From Camelus ferus (Eukaryota), in the NCBI RefSeq assembly GCF_009834535.1, contig NC_045696.1, positions 13,766,001-13,830,000 of the forward strand: DNA of 64,000 nucleotides. The letters are read 5' to 3'. A program made the translations under genes and the position numbers. Under the pieces are notes generated by a model. The model was not told where the DNA came from. It ran no database searches and saw only the letters and a program-made list of their open reading frames with translations. Shown one piece after another: positions 1 to 12,365 of the stretch (position 1 is its first letter; each line of letters opens with the position of its first letter).

Positions 1-3000
1 GTTAAAGGGTGTTAGTCTTAAGTGCCAAAATTGTCAACGTGTCCAGAATACAAAGCAGCTCCACCTGCCACAGAAATGAAAGTGATGCCAGTACATCTGC
101 CACTGGTGAGAGGCCCAGGCTGGCGGAAAGGGCACCGGCTCTAGGTCCGAGGATGTTTATATCTCCACTGACTCCTCCTGTGGTTTGGAACATGTTCTCC
201 AACCTCTCTGAACACTGTTTCCCTCGGGGGAAAGAGCCACTTTTCGATGTTTATGTGAAGATTATGGGTAACTTTTTACACCCCAAGCACAGTGTGCACG
301 CCTCATTAAAAGATTAACTACAATGATTTTTAATACGTTCATACTTTTCTTTCTGAATGCTGGCTATATGTGAGAAGAGCAATAATTTAAAATTAAATAG
401 CAATACGTGAATATTTCTTGTCTCTTGGGGATAAAGTTTGGGATGATTTCCATTTTTTTCTACATTATTTGTTTAATTTTTAAATTGCTAGTACCATATA
501 TAATTTTGTATATTATATACACACATATGTGATGTATATATAATTTCATATATTTGACATACAAATATATAATATATATAATCAGAAATTCAACAAAGTA
601 CCATATTGATTTTGATTATGAAACAATAAAAATAAAGTTGAGTGTGTTTCCTGCTGTAGATTCAAAGGACCTCAACACAGAATTTTGGTCTGGCTAATCC
701 AAGGTTTATTTCCAAATAACACATGGTAGCCCCACCATCCCTTATTATTAACAGAATTTGTTGTGTCGTATGCTTGAGACTCAAGGTCATGTAAACTGAG
801 ATGACAGACCAATTCCGTTCCATTCACAGTGATTTAAAGAAACATCACAGTAACTCCAGGTTTGGGTGTTTTGGATTTATGTCCTAAAGACATAGTAGGC
901 ACAAATTGATGCTTCAGGATAATTTCTCAGTTCGTCAGGTTTTCAAAAGATTTATTAATAAAAAACTATTGCTTGTAGAATATATTTTCAATAAACACTT
1001 GTTGCTTTCTGGGTTTACTGCTTAGCTGCATTGCCCTATATGAACAAAACTAGCAAATTCTTCTATCATTTATGGACTTGGATCTTATGTCAATGTTCTC
1101 CAGATACTTGACAACACCCTCCAGTTCTCTAAGGATGGGAAATAGAAGAGATCATTACTGGTTGTCAGAGGTACACAGATACATCTATCCTAAGGTTGGT
1201 AGTCTGGCCACAGCAGTAGATACCTACCTGTGTGTGTAAGTCTTGGTGAGTCGAGTGTGAATTTGTTCTTGGGTGACGTCTGCAGATCATCATTGTGAAA
1301 AGGCATAAATGAGAGCCAATGGCATAGAAAGATTCTGGTTTCAAAACAGCACTAAAGACCTTCTGTTTAGAACAGTTCGTAAAAACAAAGTGAGATCCTT
1401 ATTTCTGAACCTGATACCATCCCCCTCAAATTCAGACTCTTAGAGATTGCTTGGGTTCTAATATACCATCGAGTCCACCTCGTAATTTTTTATTTTAGCA
1501 GTGAAGAAATAGATTCAGGAACTAGCCAGATACACAGTTAATTGGGCAAGGCATTGGGATCCTGGCTTCTTCGATGAGGTTCTGGTCTTCTACATTGTGC
1601 CTGATAGATTTTTGGTGGAAGGCTTTTTGATTTAATCTTGATTTATAAAAGCCCTCTCCAACTGAGTAATGTCATATGTGTTCTAAGCCAAAACTGCTTT
1701 TATGTCACCATTGATTTGCAGTTTACAAGAATAGATGGAACCAAGATGGTACCTGAGTATGCCTGTTAAAATTTCTAAGATGAAGGAAAGAAAGAAAAAA
1801 ACAAAGAAGGAAACAAAGAAGCAAAGAAACAAAGAAAAAAAAAGAAAGTTAGCTTTGATCTGAGTCTTCTCATTATTAATATGACATCTTCTTCTCAGCC
1901 CTTATGGTGCAGTGAACTGGGGCAAGCACTCTGTGAAAGTATTTCCATTATGAAGTCAGTTGAATATAAAGTAGCATATTGGAGACAAATATCCATAGAC
2001 TTGATGAAACCAGCCTTTACATCAATTAGTGATAAGCTACTTTTAAAAGATCCAGAATTAATGAAGCATAATAAATAGCCTGGAAACAGACAGTGAGATA
2101 TATATGCATTTACTACTTGATAAATAATGCATCAGCAAACTACGGGGTATAGATTGTTTAACAAATGGAACTGAAAAATTCGCTACTTGGGAAATTAAAA
2201 GTTTGTATTTATCTGTTACTCTGCTAAAAAAAAAAAAGTGAATTTTAGGGAATAAGATGGCTTATAAGGATAAATTTTAAAAATCAAAGTCAAAGGGCAA
2301 AATGAAATAAAAAACTCCATTGTGTTGTTACTTAAGGGTAGAAAATCGAACATGCAGGTTATATTTGTTTAATTGATTTGACACATTTTTTTCTTTGTGT
2401 GAGTATTTCCAAAAGCCTTTAAACTTAAAATTTGAAACTTTTTTCAAGCTAGCCCATACTCTTCACTGAAGAGCACTAATTTTGCTTGGAAACATGGTAA
2501 ATCAGATGTCTTTCAATCATGTCTTTATTTTCACAAGTCTGGAAAATATTTTTTGATTCTTCCCTGTATTTTCTTACTCACCTGTCATTTTTTAGTCCTC
2601 TTTTGTTATTTATTATCACATTTTACCATATTTTTATTTTCCTCAGAACTTAATGATATTTTCTCACCCTTTTCCTCTACAATCATTTTGATTTTTCTGC
2701 CAAGTCAACCACCTACTATTGTTCATATACTGCAATCCTTAAAATATACTAAACTATAAATTGTTTTGATTTTTTACTACGAAAATATTTACTCATTAAA
2801 AATAAAAATTAAAGCGCAGGAAAAACTTTAAAGAAACCAATAATCACACATAAGTTTAAATTTTAATCATTTTATTTTCTTTCCAGCCATTTCCTTTCAT
2901 GTAGGTGTGTGTTCATGTGTTTGTGTGTGTGTAAGAAAGAGAGAGAAACTATTAATCATGATTATGGTGAGTATGGAATTCTTTAACTGTTTTTATTCTA

Positions 3001-3258
3001 CTTTTACAACAATATAGGAGGAATAATATTTAGATCATTAAGGATTCCTCAATAACAGGAAAACATGCAACTGGGTAGACAGATACACCATCATTTATTC
3101 AGCCTTTCTCTGTGGGCACGTATCGTTTCTAACTCTTCATCATCATAAGCAGTTCTCAGATGAACATGCATTTACAAAACATTTGGGAACATCTCTGATT
3201 ACCACCAAGCATACATTTCTAGATTATGGAACATTTTCTCGTCTGCCTTTTGTCTTAT

Positions 3259-3971
3259 TGTGGTCTATGGTGGGGAAACATAACTAAAAACAAAAATTTC
3301 CAACCCAGAAAACCTGTCCACAAAGGTAGTAAAGAAAAACAGTTTCATAATCAAATAAGCATTAAACCAGAACGTGAGGTGTGTCACAGGCAATCTGCTA
3401 GCCCATACTCTTAAGACATTGCAAAAAGAGAATGAAAGCTCACCTTTCTATAGAGCCACACAGATACCACCCATTGCATACAAGTTTTCAAGGTAAATAT
3501 TTAAGGATTCCTCAAGTAAAAAGGACTTGACAGTGCCTTTGTCACACATAGTTCATCCTAACTGAACCTGGTAATTAAGGTGACTGTCTGTGTTAGCTAA
3601 TTTGCTTTATCCAGAGGAGAAAAGATGCTTCTTATATTTTTATGACACGAGGTTGTTTTGCAACTTGGTGGGAGATATCTACTAAAGATAGGCTCTCAGG
3701 TCTCACAGGAACTGGGAGATAGTGATGTTTACATTTCAGAGGGACTGCACCCAGGTCCTAGAGAAAGACATTCCTGGCTCCTAGAGCTGACAAAAGACTA
3801 TCTTTTTTTTGTTTGTTTTTAAGAATTTATATGCATTCCAAAAGAGGAGAGAGTAGTTACAAGTTTTCTAAAGCAAATGCTCTAAAATACAGGAGAGGAG
3901 AGAAATCTCTTCCCCTATTTTCAATAGGGAGAATTAAACCTCTTATATTTAATTTGCATTTTTTTCTTGCA
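3259..3971 (-). mobile_element. ERV1-class solo LTR (MER34/MER39-like)
   Basis: TG...CA bounded ~710 bp segment containing 'aataagcattaaaccagaacgtgaggtgtgtcacaggcaatctgcta', which resembles recalled ERV1 LTR consensus. Subfamily uncertain and no TSD seen. Confidence 0.6.
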
Positions 3972-4124
3972 CCTACTTTAGTTTACTAGAATATTCATAT
4001 TCTTTTTTATTTCATTTTAAATTAAAAATGCACCATCTAAACTATGCCTTTGTTTTATGAAGTGAGTCCATTTGAAAGAAAAATCTCTCTTGAAAATCTT
4101 GAAACCTCACTTTGTGTCTAAAGT

Positions 4125-4415
4125 ATATTAAAGATGGCTCCAGATTAGCTGATGCCCCTCCCAGGTGAAGCAGAGTTTATTTCCCCTTTCCTAGACCCTG
4201 AGATGTCTCTGACCAATTGCAAATGGTAGAAGGAACACCAGGCCTCCTAGAAAGATTAGTGTTTTTTTCTCTTGGTTCCTTAGAGCCCTCAGCCACCATG
4301 CTGACTACCTTGTTAGAAAGCCCCACCTGATTTCCTAACCCACAAAAGCATGATATGAAGTTATTGTTGTTTTAAGATTTTGGGGTTGTTTGTTACACAG
4401 CAAGAAATAACCAGG
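4125..4415 (+). mobile_element. MaLR LTR remnant (MLT1G/H-like)
   Basis: Typical MLT1 3' end 'ttgttgttttaag...ttggggttgtttgttacacagcaagaaataac' and internal 'gagccctcagccaccatg'. Confidence 0.65.
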
Positions 4416-4963
4416 TTTCTGGGCTCAATGCAGAATCTTTCTGATGTCTTGTCATTCTTCTTTGCTAATAGTAAAAGCATCATATCCAGATTCAGTGTTG
4501 GACCCCAGCTGGACTGTGAGAGTGGGCTTCTTCCTTTCCCTCAGAGCTTTTCTTGGCTTTAAAGGAGGAGGGCTGTTTAATTTCTAAAGCATTTCCACAA
4601 TTTAGCAACTAATAAGTAACAGTTCCTTCTTCAAAGAGAACCTCCACATAGCTTTGAAGAAGCATCTACCTGCATTTCTACCTTCAAAGAAAAGCACGTG
4701 AAACCTGACCCAATTCAGAAAAAAAAAAAAAAAAAAAAGGAGAAAGATTATCCATGTATGGTACTTGCACAAGTACATTCTCACTAGGTTGCATACAAAA
4801 ACAAAACAAAAAATCTTCAACCATGGGCTTCATTCCTTCCCACCACCCCTCCCACACCCCAATTGCAAAACACGGAAGAAACCATTAAAAGAAGAAACCC
4901 TGGCTGACAAAGTTAATGATTTTAGAGGCTAGTGGTTAAGAAGGAGGGTGGGGTATCAGGAGT

Positions 4964-4994
<31 letters not shown>

Positions 4995-5261
4995 GACAGA
5001 TCTGGGTATATGGATGGACAATTTTTTGTTTGTTCTACTTTGCTGCCTGTGTTAATACAGTTAATCCTTTAAAAAAATAAAAGTAAACAAGAAAAGTCAG
5101 TTATTTTTAACCCACTGTTAAGGAAGATTGTATAAATTCTTTCTTGAACCAGGACAATACTGTTTGTCTTTTTATAAAAGATGTTTTCTGTTTCTAACAT
5201 TCTCATATAAATGTATTGGCATTTGAAGAGGAGTCAGAAAAAGGGGCAGACAGGGGATTTA

Positions 5262-5575
5262 TTGCTGAGTCCAAACTCGTTCTGCTCACCGCTCGACAGG
5301 CCAGTAAATCAGGAATTGAGGTGTTGGGGCAAGGAATAGGGACTTTATTCGGAAAGCCGGCATCCCGAGAGGATGGCAGACCGTCTTGGAGAACCATCCT
5401 GCTCTAGTCAGAATACAGGCTCCTTTTATATGAAAAATAAGGGAGGGGTGTGGTTGATTTTTGTAATCTCTTGCTGCAGGATTTCTTTGTTCTTGCAGAC
5501 ATCCCCGGGGGCTAGGTCATGGTGTCCCTGTAAACCTCCAACAAAACAAAGGTTATTCTCTACTACAGATTTACT
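5262..5575 (-). mobile_element. ERV1-class LTR, partial and relatively young
   Basis: CpG-retaining segment with minus-strand TATA (ATATAAAA, 5424-5431) and AATAAA (5344-5349) in LTR U3-R order. The U5-like end 'gctgagtccaaactcgttctgctcaccgctcgacagg' is typical of laurasiatherian ERV1 LTRs. Confidence 0.65.
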
Positions 5576-6149
5576 AATATGGGACAGAGAGAGGATTTAC
5601 AAGTGAGGGGACTAGCGTGACAAGGAGGGAGCCCACAGACATCTTAGTATAACAAAGACTAAGTGTCCTCCCCAGAATGGAGAGGCAGGGCCGGCTGGTG
5701 TTCATATTTCTCACAGCTGGACTGAGCTGACATTGAGCTTGAGCTGGCCCAGAGGAGACGGATGGGTGCAGCTCAGGTGGTGGCCAGGATAAGCAGCATC
5801 AAGGGCTCAACCACACCTGACAATAAAGGATGACAAGGGCTTTGCAGGTGACAAGGTTGGGAGGAAAGAATTCCTGGATGGCAAAGACATGGCATGGAAT
5901 CGGCCAAGGCGAGTGTATGGACACAATGGAGCCCGTGGCAGAAGACGAGAAGAAACAAGAAGAATGAAGCTAAATTTCCAGATGCTCTTTTGTTTTGTTT
6001 CTCATGCTGAAGATGTCAAACTTATCTGGGGGACCAGGAAGCAGGTTAGAAACTGAGGATCAACTTTGATGTATTGGGAGTGGTTTCCTGGACATGGATG
6101 TTGAGACGAGTTTCAGAAGATGGAGTCTGAACGCTTCAAACCCTTGTCC

Positions 6150-7560
6150 TAACTCTTGTACAACCAGTTCTTTCTGTTTATTGCAAGAATCATGGCCAAC
6201 CAAGGTTCCTGTCCTTTCCATCTCCCCCACCTTGCAGTCTTTTTAGTGATTCATTGTTTCAGTATTTCCTCCAGATCAGCTCTACGTGTGACACGGTTGC
6301 TGGATCCAGGACCAGCCAGCAAATGCCTTTCTTTCTCACTAACAGTGGAAGGCAGCTTTTATTTGGAATAGACTCACTGGGTTATGGGGTTTGCTCTCTC
6401 ATTGTCTTTACTTATTAAGCCACCATCTTCTAGCTTCTAGGATTGTGGCTGAAATATTTGAGAGAAGTAGGTTTTTTAATTTGTTTGTTTGTCTTGGGTC
6501 TTAAGTAATTTGTTCTGATTGGTGAAAGCTTGCATACTTTCTTTTTGCACTTGGAATTTAAGGATTTTTAAATTTAAATTTTATTTGTTTGCTTGTTTTC
6601 TCAGCACCTCAATGAGTACTTTTTAATCTGCAAGTATCCGTTTTTCTTTTTAAGTGATTTCCCCAGCTTTCATCTCTTTTTCATCCCTTTCTCTGAATTT
6701 GCCTCTCAGGTCCTTGAATTTGTTCTCCAAGTTCTTCCTGCTTTTCCTCATGGATTATGTCTTCTATGTTTGCTCTCTGCTCAGAGCTTTTGTTCAGAGC
6801 TTTTCTTTCTACTTGATCTTCCAAACATCCAGATTTTACCACAGCAGTGACCTCCCTCAAAGCTCTGTTCCCTCCAGACTTTTTAAATATGGAAGTTGTG
6901 TTATTTTAGGAACAAGAAGCTCTTTAATCCCGTGACTCGATCTGCCTTGGGCTCTTACAGATATTTGTTTATTTGTGTAAGGCATCCTCTCTCGCTCCCA
7001 GGAGATCAGTTCCTCAAAGGCCCCTTGCCAGTTGCGGGCACTCAGCCTGCACCTCCTTTTTCTGGTTGTTGAGCCCCATTTGGGGTTCTCTTAAGTGATT
7101 CTAGGGTCTCTTCTTGTGGAAGTTAAGTTGTTGTAACTAACAATAGCCCACCCTGGGGTGGCGAGGCTTCTTATTATTGGCTGGTGGTCTAAACACCTGA
7201 AAGTCGTCTTGCTCCTGGGGCCTGAGAAGGACCCTCTGCATGCCCCCAGCTCTCTCCCTAGGTATCCTCATTCTCTGAGACCCCAGGACCAGCAGGAACC
7301 CACCCTCAGCATGAGTCTCCCACAGTTTTGCTGCTCTGATTATCCACCCTGAGACAACACAGGTGTACAAATGCGCCCAGAACTCTTTATGAAGCAGGTC
7401 AGGCCCACATTTCTCTCCCTGCCCTTCTGGTTCCCACACAGGGCTTGGGGCCTCGCCTTGGGCCTCTGCACCAGGAATCCCTTGTTTCTCATTATTCTCA
7501 GAATTGAACACAGTACTACTCTTTGCTCCTGGAATCTGGTAGAGCCTGAAGTTTCACAGA
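6150..7560 (-). mobile_element. Degenerate L1 ORF1-like element (HAL1 / ancient L1M 5' region)
   Basis: The minus strand at about 6420-6461 translates SNISATILEARRWW, matching the L1 ORF1p C-terminal motif (D-F/L-S-AETLQARREW). It is preceded by K/E-rich coiled-coil-like codons with many stops and frameshifts. Boundaries approximate. Confidence 0.65.
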
Positions 7561-8025
7561 AAGCAGGACTCTTTGCTCTGCCTGTTGGCTGGGCCCCAGC
7601 TGCTGCTCAGCTTGGCAGAGCAGATGGCAGGGATCATAGTGGGGGGAAGGGTGCAGGGATATTACTCCAGCAGCTCTGGGAGGCCTCCTCAGGACAAGGA
7701 GGCCTGGTGAATTTGAAATACGATATTTGAAATATGATAGGAGCCTAAAAATTAGAATATATTCCAAGGGGAAAGATAATGGATGTCAGGCACTGAGAAG
7801 CAGTAAATGATGTGGAAGTTGGGAGCGGGGAGAGGGGAGAGCTTAAATGTAGCAAAGACTGATGATGAGGTCGACCCTGGGATTCAGGGGGACCTGTGAC
7901 AGTCACAGGAAGGCGTGGAGATGGGGTAGTGAGATGATAGTTATTGTGCAGAAAGTTAATTCTGAGAGGGATGTCTTTGGACAATATTACAGTAGGAAGA
8001 GCACAGTTTCTTGAATTAGGACATT

Positions 8026-8037
8026 TTATATATACAT

Positions 8038-8070
<33 letters not shown>

Positions 8071-8086
8071 TTATGTATGTATATAC
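8026..8086. repeat. (TA)n(TG)n microsatellite
   Basis: Read directly from the sequence. Confidence 0.9.
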
Positions 8087-8739
8087 ATGCCTGAGACTTG
8101 GTGTTCTCATGATTTCACATGCAATTCATAGAATTCTTAGAGGCTTGATGGGGTAATGATGAGGTAAAGGAAGAAAAGGCCAAGCCCCTGGTAGATTTTC
8201 AATAAAGGCTACATTCCTCACTCTCGTCTCTTTTCATCAGATTGCAGATTCTTTGAGAACAAAAACTGTGTCTTGTCTACCCCCATATTCCTAGCACTTA
8301 AAGTAATGTAACTGATGTCTACTTTTTCAGTGCATGAGGGAGTTACTTGGGTACAGAGTCAGCAGAGTGGTTCATGGTGGGGACAGCAGGTGGCACAGTA
8401 TGAAAGAGAAAAAAGTCCAGCTCTAAGGTGAAGGCACAAAACTATGTCGCCTGCCTCCCTGTGTTGTTTCCATCACACCCCACTGTTTCGCTGTAAGAAT
8501 GACATTATGAAACAACATTGTAAAATGTCCTTTTGCACACAATCAAACCATTTCCTAATACCAGGGCACCTCTTTCAGGATATTAAAGAAAACCTTTGGC
8601 GTATGAATTATTTTAGTTTTCTGGACACCAGTTTTATCATTGTTATCATACTGATATTGCACTGATATTCCTGTGTGGTAAAGTTTGCTATGAAGGTTAC
8701 AAAACAGATTTTCCTTCTTGTCTATAATCTTCTGCTAAG

Positions 8740-8990
8740 CCTTTTGGATTTACCTTACAGGCAGTGGAGCATTCCTACAAGGATCATGGCAGGGCGTGAT
8801 GGGGTCTGACTTGCATTTTAGAAAGAACAGAGATAGGAACAGGGATGAGACTGGAGGAAGGAGATCCTGCAGGCAGAACACACGTCTAGAAGGCTTTATC
8901 CATATGTAGGAGAAATACGATGTCTGTAAGGGTGGAAATTTGAAGATTTCAGAGATACTCAAGAGGTGATGCCATAAGGAAAATTAGCCA
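8740..8990 (-). mobile_element. L2 fragment
   Basis: 'gggcgtgatggggtctgacttgcattttagaaaga...gagactggagg' matches the recalled L2 3' region. Confidence 0.6.
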
Positions 8991-9523
8991 TGTTGTAATT
9001 CTGTTTTAGGGAAAAGAAGTGAAAAAATAATAAATTGAGTTGAGGACATTCAGGAGAGCTTTCTAGGTAAAAAGGATGTTTGAAGGCTGGCATTTAGGAG
9101 ATTTTTTTTTTTTCCTCCAAGATACTCAGTTTTTCTTTATTTCTACTCTCATGAATGTTTTGACGCAAAGGGGTAAAATTGCCTAGGATAAATTAACACA
9201 TATCTATTGGAAAATCGCCAATCCCAGAAAACATGCTACAAGTTTTCCTAACTAACAGTAGGTAGGCATGCCAATTTCACATACGAAAAGCAGTCTGAAA
9301 ACTAAACATTGCTGAAGACAGCCTACCCTCCCTGAAGCAAGACAGCACGAGCTGTGAAGTCAGACAGTCCTGATTTTCTCTCCAGACTCTCTTGGGTCAT
9401 CAGTAAACTGTTCTTTGGTGCCCTCATCTGTGCATTAAACTAATGATATCAATCTCATAAGTGATTTAATGATATAATTCATATAAAGCAGTAGAGATCC
9501 TAGTGTAAAATACATGGCCTCAA

Positions 9524-9660
9524 GGAGGGAGGGCGTAGCTCAGTGGCAGAGCGCATGCTTAGCATTCATGAGGGCTTGGGTCCAATCCCCTGTTCCTCCA
9601 TTAACAAATAAATAAAGTAGAATAAATAAATAAACTTAACAACCTCTCCCCTCAAAAAAA
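9524..9660 (+). mobile_element. tRNA-Ala-derived SINE (camelid Vic-1-like) inserted in a MIR
   Basis: Head 'gggcgtagctcagtggcagagcgcatgcttagcat', AATAAA-rich tail and poly(A). Imperfect TSD aaaatacatg(g/t)cc on both sides. Confidence 0.85.
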
Positions 9661-10001
9661 AATACATGTCCCTAAAACATTGCCCGCTATTATTAATTAA
9701 TACTATTTCTCAGAGGTAAAAATATATTTAGCTATAGAAAGGTCTTTTTTAATAGAAATGGCTATTACATATGTAATATTTACAGTATATAGATTTTTTG
9801 GAATCTATAGTGTTATCTTAAAAATCACAAATACATTATCTGTATGAAATATTAGTGTATGAATCTGATAATTATAAGGTATATTATTGTTAAATGATAT
9901 GTGATACTTTGTATTTTCAGAAATTAATGCTGAATCTACCTTTCTCTTTAAAATGCAGCCTTGACATTCTTTTTTAAAATTGCAAAGCCAAAAATATCAG
10001 G

Positions 10002-10007
10002 TTTATT
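10002..10007 (-). terminator. Likely CLDN8 polyadenylation signal (AATAAA); alternative hexamer at 10087-10092
   Basis: TTTATT on the plus strand at 10002-10007, followed on the minus strand by U/GU-rich sequence. It gives a ~1.3 kb repeat-free 3'UTR and a ~2.1 kb mRNA, similar to the recalled size of human CLDN8. Confidence 0.6.
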
Positions 10008-11286
10008 TATAAGCTTTTTACACAGTTATGAAATAGGAAAAATGGAGAATAATGAAAGAATATCAAATTAATATAAAAAGGCACAATTTATTAATACAAA
10101 GGGCATAAAGCAGGTGGCACACATAGTCCATTTAAGCTGGAAAAATGACAAACTTTTAAATCAGATTAACAGTTGGATTACATTTGGGGGAAACACAGAG
10201 ACACAGTATTTATAGACCTTACTAAAACTGAACAAAATTGAAACAAGTGAAAATGTTATCTTTGACAGGACTGAAATGACAATTTTTACTTAATTATTCA
10301 CACAGAAGATGAAAGTTAAAAGGACAACTCATATTTGTTTTTTGGTAAGCAAATAGAAACAAAGACATTATTTTTCTGTTCTGTTATTTACATTAATAAA
10401 AACTCAAAGTTATCAAAATATTCACGCACATACGTGATTTCTTGAAAAAAATGCATTCTTCTATAACCACAAAAACTTAAGAGGAAAAAAAAAGTCACTT
10501 TCCAGCAACCTTTTATGTTTCTTAGACCATGGTTTTATCTTTCTTCTTAGAAAAGCTCTGGAAAAGCAGTTTGAATGCAAAAATCCCTTGACAAAATATC
10601 TGCCTTTTAAAAGATGTTCATTTAATATACAAGAAAAGGAAGGCCTCTGGGGAGTGAGGATAAAGGAGTTAGGATTGCTAACTCCTAGGCTGAAAAACGG
10701 GATATCAGAAAGCCATTTAGTCCCCTTTACGCTGCTGATTAAAGCCTTCATTTTAACCTTCATTATAAATCAAATGCATTCATCACTAAGATGTTTTTAA
10801 ACAATTAATATTAACCTTCTTCAATCTTATCCCCGGTTCCCCTGAAAAGCAATAGTCAAATTCTATCTATTCAGTGTAATGGATCAGTATTTCATTTAAA
10901 ATAGAACCATATGAGCTTGTCTCTATTTATACGAGATACAACGTCACTCCCATCTATATACATAATGCTGTCATAGAGAAATCACACTTGTGAAATAATC
11001 ATCTTTAACAATGTCATTTTGAAGTAACTGATAAAAGGAGAAAAATGCACAAACGACTTTAGAAAACAAATTACCATGCTTTCTAGAACAGTCAAAGCCA
11101 TGTGTACCATATCTCATTCCGCTGAAGTTGCTTATAGAATCATAACGAGCTGATGCACAGTTCCTGTAATTAACGTTTGACAGTTAAGAACAGCAAATCA
11201 ATGTATCTTTGGCTTCCATTTTTAGAAAACAGGGGACATTTTTATCATCTGCATGGCTTTCTAGGTAGTGGTAAAAATATACAAAA

Positions 11287-11964
11287 CTACACATACTGAC
11301 TTTTGGAGTACACACTCGGTGACTTCTTCTCCATGTGATAGCTTTTCTGGGTTGTTCGGTGGGAAGGTATGGAGTACCTGTAGCTATGGCTCTTGGCATT
11401 GCTGCAAGAAACACAACAGAACAGCGCCCCTCCTGCAATCAGCACCAGCGCCGTGGTCCAGCCGATGTAGAGAGCTTCTCCAAGCTCACGTTTCTGGGCA
11501 GCATCCACTATCGGGTTGTAGAAATCTCTGATGATGGAATTGGCAACCCAGCTCACAGGGACGAGCACCACAAAGCCAGTGACGATGAAGATGGCTCCAG
11601 CCGTTAGAAGGATGTGACCCTTCACTTTCTCGTCGTCCCCAGTGCACCTGGTGCACTTCATGCCGAGGATGGCCGTCATGAAAGCCAGGAAGGCCAGCAC
11701 GGAAGCAGCACACATCAGTCCTCTGGATGCCTGTAGGTCTGGAGACAGAGCCAGCAGGGAATCGTAGATTTTGCACTGCATTCTGATGTTAGCGTGCCTC
11801 ATGCAACTCATCCACAGTCCTTCCCAGAGGTTTTCAAAAACCACAATGTTGCTTCCAATGAAAGCAGACACTCTCCACTGAGGCATGACGGTGACAGCCA
11901 CTGTGCCCACCATTCCAACACCACCAAGCACCAGTCCAGCGATTTGCAGGGCATAGGTAGCCAT
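11287..11964 (-). CDS. CLDN8: Claudin-8, single-exon tight-junction protein, 225 aa
   Basis: Intact [38 protein letters not shown]...[11 protein letters not shown]. It has the claudin W-GLW-C-C signature ([19 protein letters not shown]), four hydrophobic TM segments, a C-terminal PDZ-binding YV and a good Kozak context (ataATGG). The tail [15 protein letters not shown] is characteristic of CLDN8 rather than CLDN17. Confidence 0.98.
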   Translation of the reverse strand: MATYALQIAGLVLGGVGMVGTVAVTVMPQWRVSAFIGSNIVVFENLWEGLWMSCMRHANIRMQCKIYDSLLALSPDLQASRGLMCAASVLAFLAFMTAILGMKCTRCTGDDEKVKGHILLTAGAIFIVTGFVVLVPVSWVANSIIRDFYNPIVDAAQKRELGEALYIGWTTALVLIAGGALFCCVSCSNAKSHSYRYSIPSHRTTQKSYHMEKKSPSVYSKSQYV

Positions 11965-12099
11965 TATCCTCCAGGATGAGCTTTATCCGACTGGACTCCT
12001 GAGCTGATGGTAGGGCTACTCTGAAGCAAGGTTCTCTGTGCCCCAGGAGAGAGCAGTTTTCCCGTAGTAATGAACTCAGGACTCTGTGGTTTTTCAAAC

Positions 12100-12365
12100 A
12101 GGAGCTGCTTGGCTACTTCTAACTAGATTAAATCCAGTGTTGGCTGGCTGAGGTGCCCCCCCACTGACAATGACAGGTAAACTTACAAATCAGGTGGGGC
12201 AACTTTCTCAGCCAATAAGAGGGGGATGGTAACTCAGGTGTGTCTAAGCCCACAAGAGATACTTGGAATGGCTGGATCTGCACGTAAACAGTCTTTATAC
12301 TTCTCAGTTGTCCGAGAAGACAGCAGTATATTTACCTGTGGGCATAATTGTGAATGTTTGCACAA
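12100..12365 (-). promoter_or_regulatory. Putative CLDN8 proximal promoter
   Basis: Repeat-free region directly upstream of an ATG-free 5'UTR. It carries a TATA-like ATTTAAT (minus, 12127-12133), CCAAT 12212-12216, E-boxes CAGGTG 12191-12196 and 12235-12240, and forkhead-type GTAAACA 12284-12290 and TGTTTGC at about 12355. The TSS is inferred, not observed. Confidence 0.6.

Noticed and set aside
6593..7767. Cluster of 64-124 aa ORFs as a gene or processed pseudogene
   Set aside because: Largely explained by the degenerate L1 ORF1-like element and its GC-richer 5' region.
11184..11979. Other ORFs overlapping CLDN8 on either strand
   Set aside because: They are shadow frames of a GC-richer coding sequence with no independent support.
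11834..12097. 87-aa ORF overlapping the CLDN8 start as a uORF
   Set aside because: It begins at TTG, and there is no ATG on the minus strand between about 12100 and the CLDN8 start.
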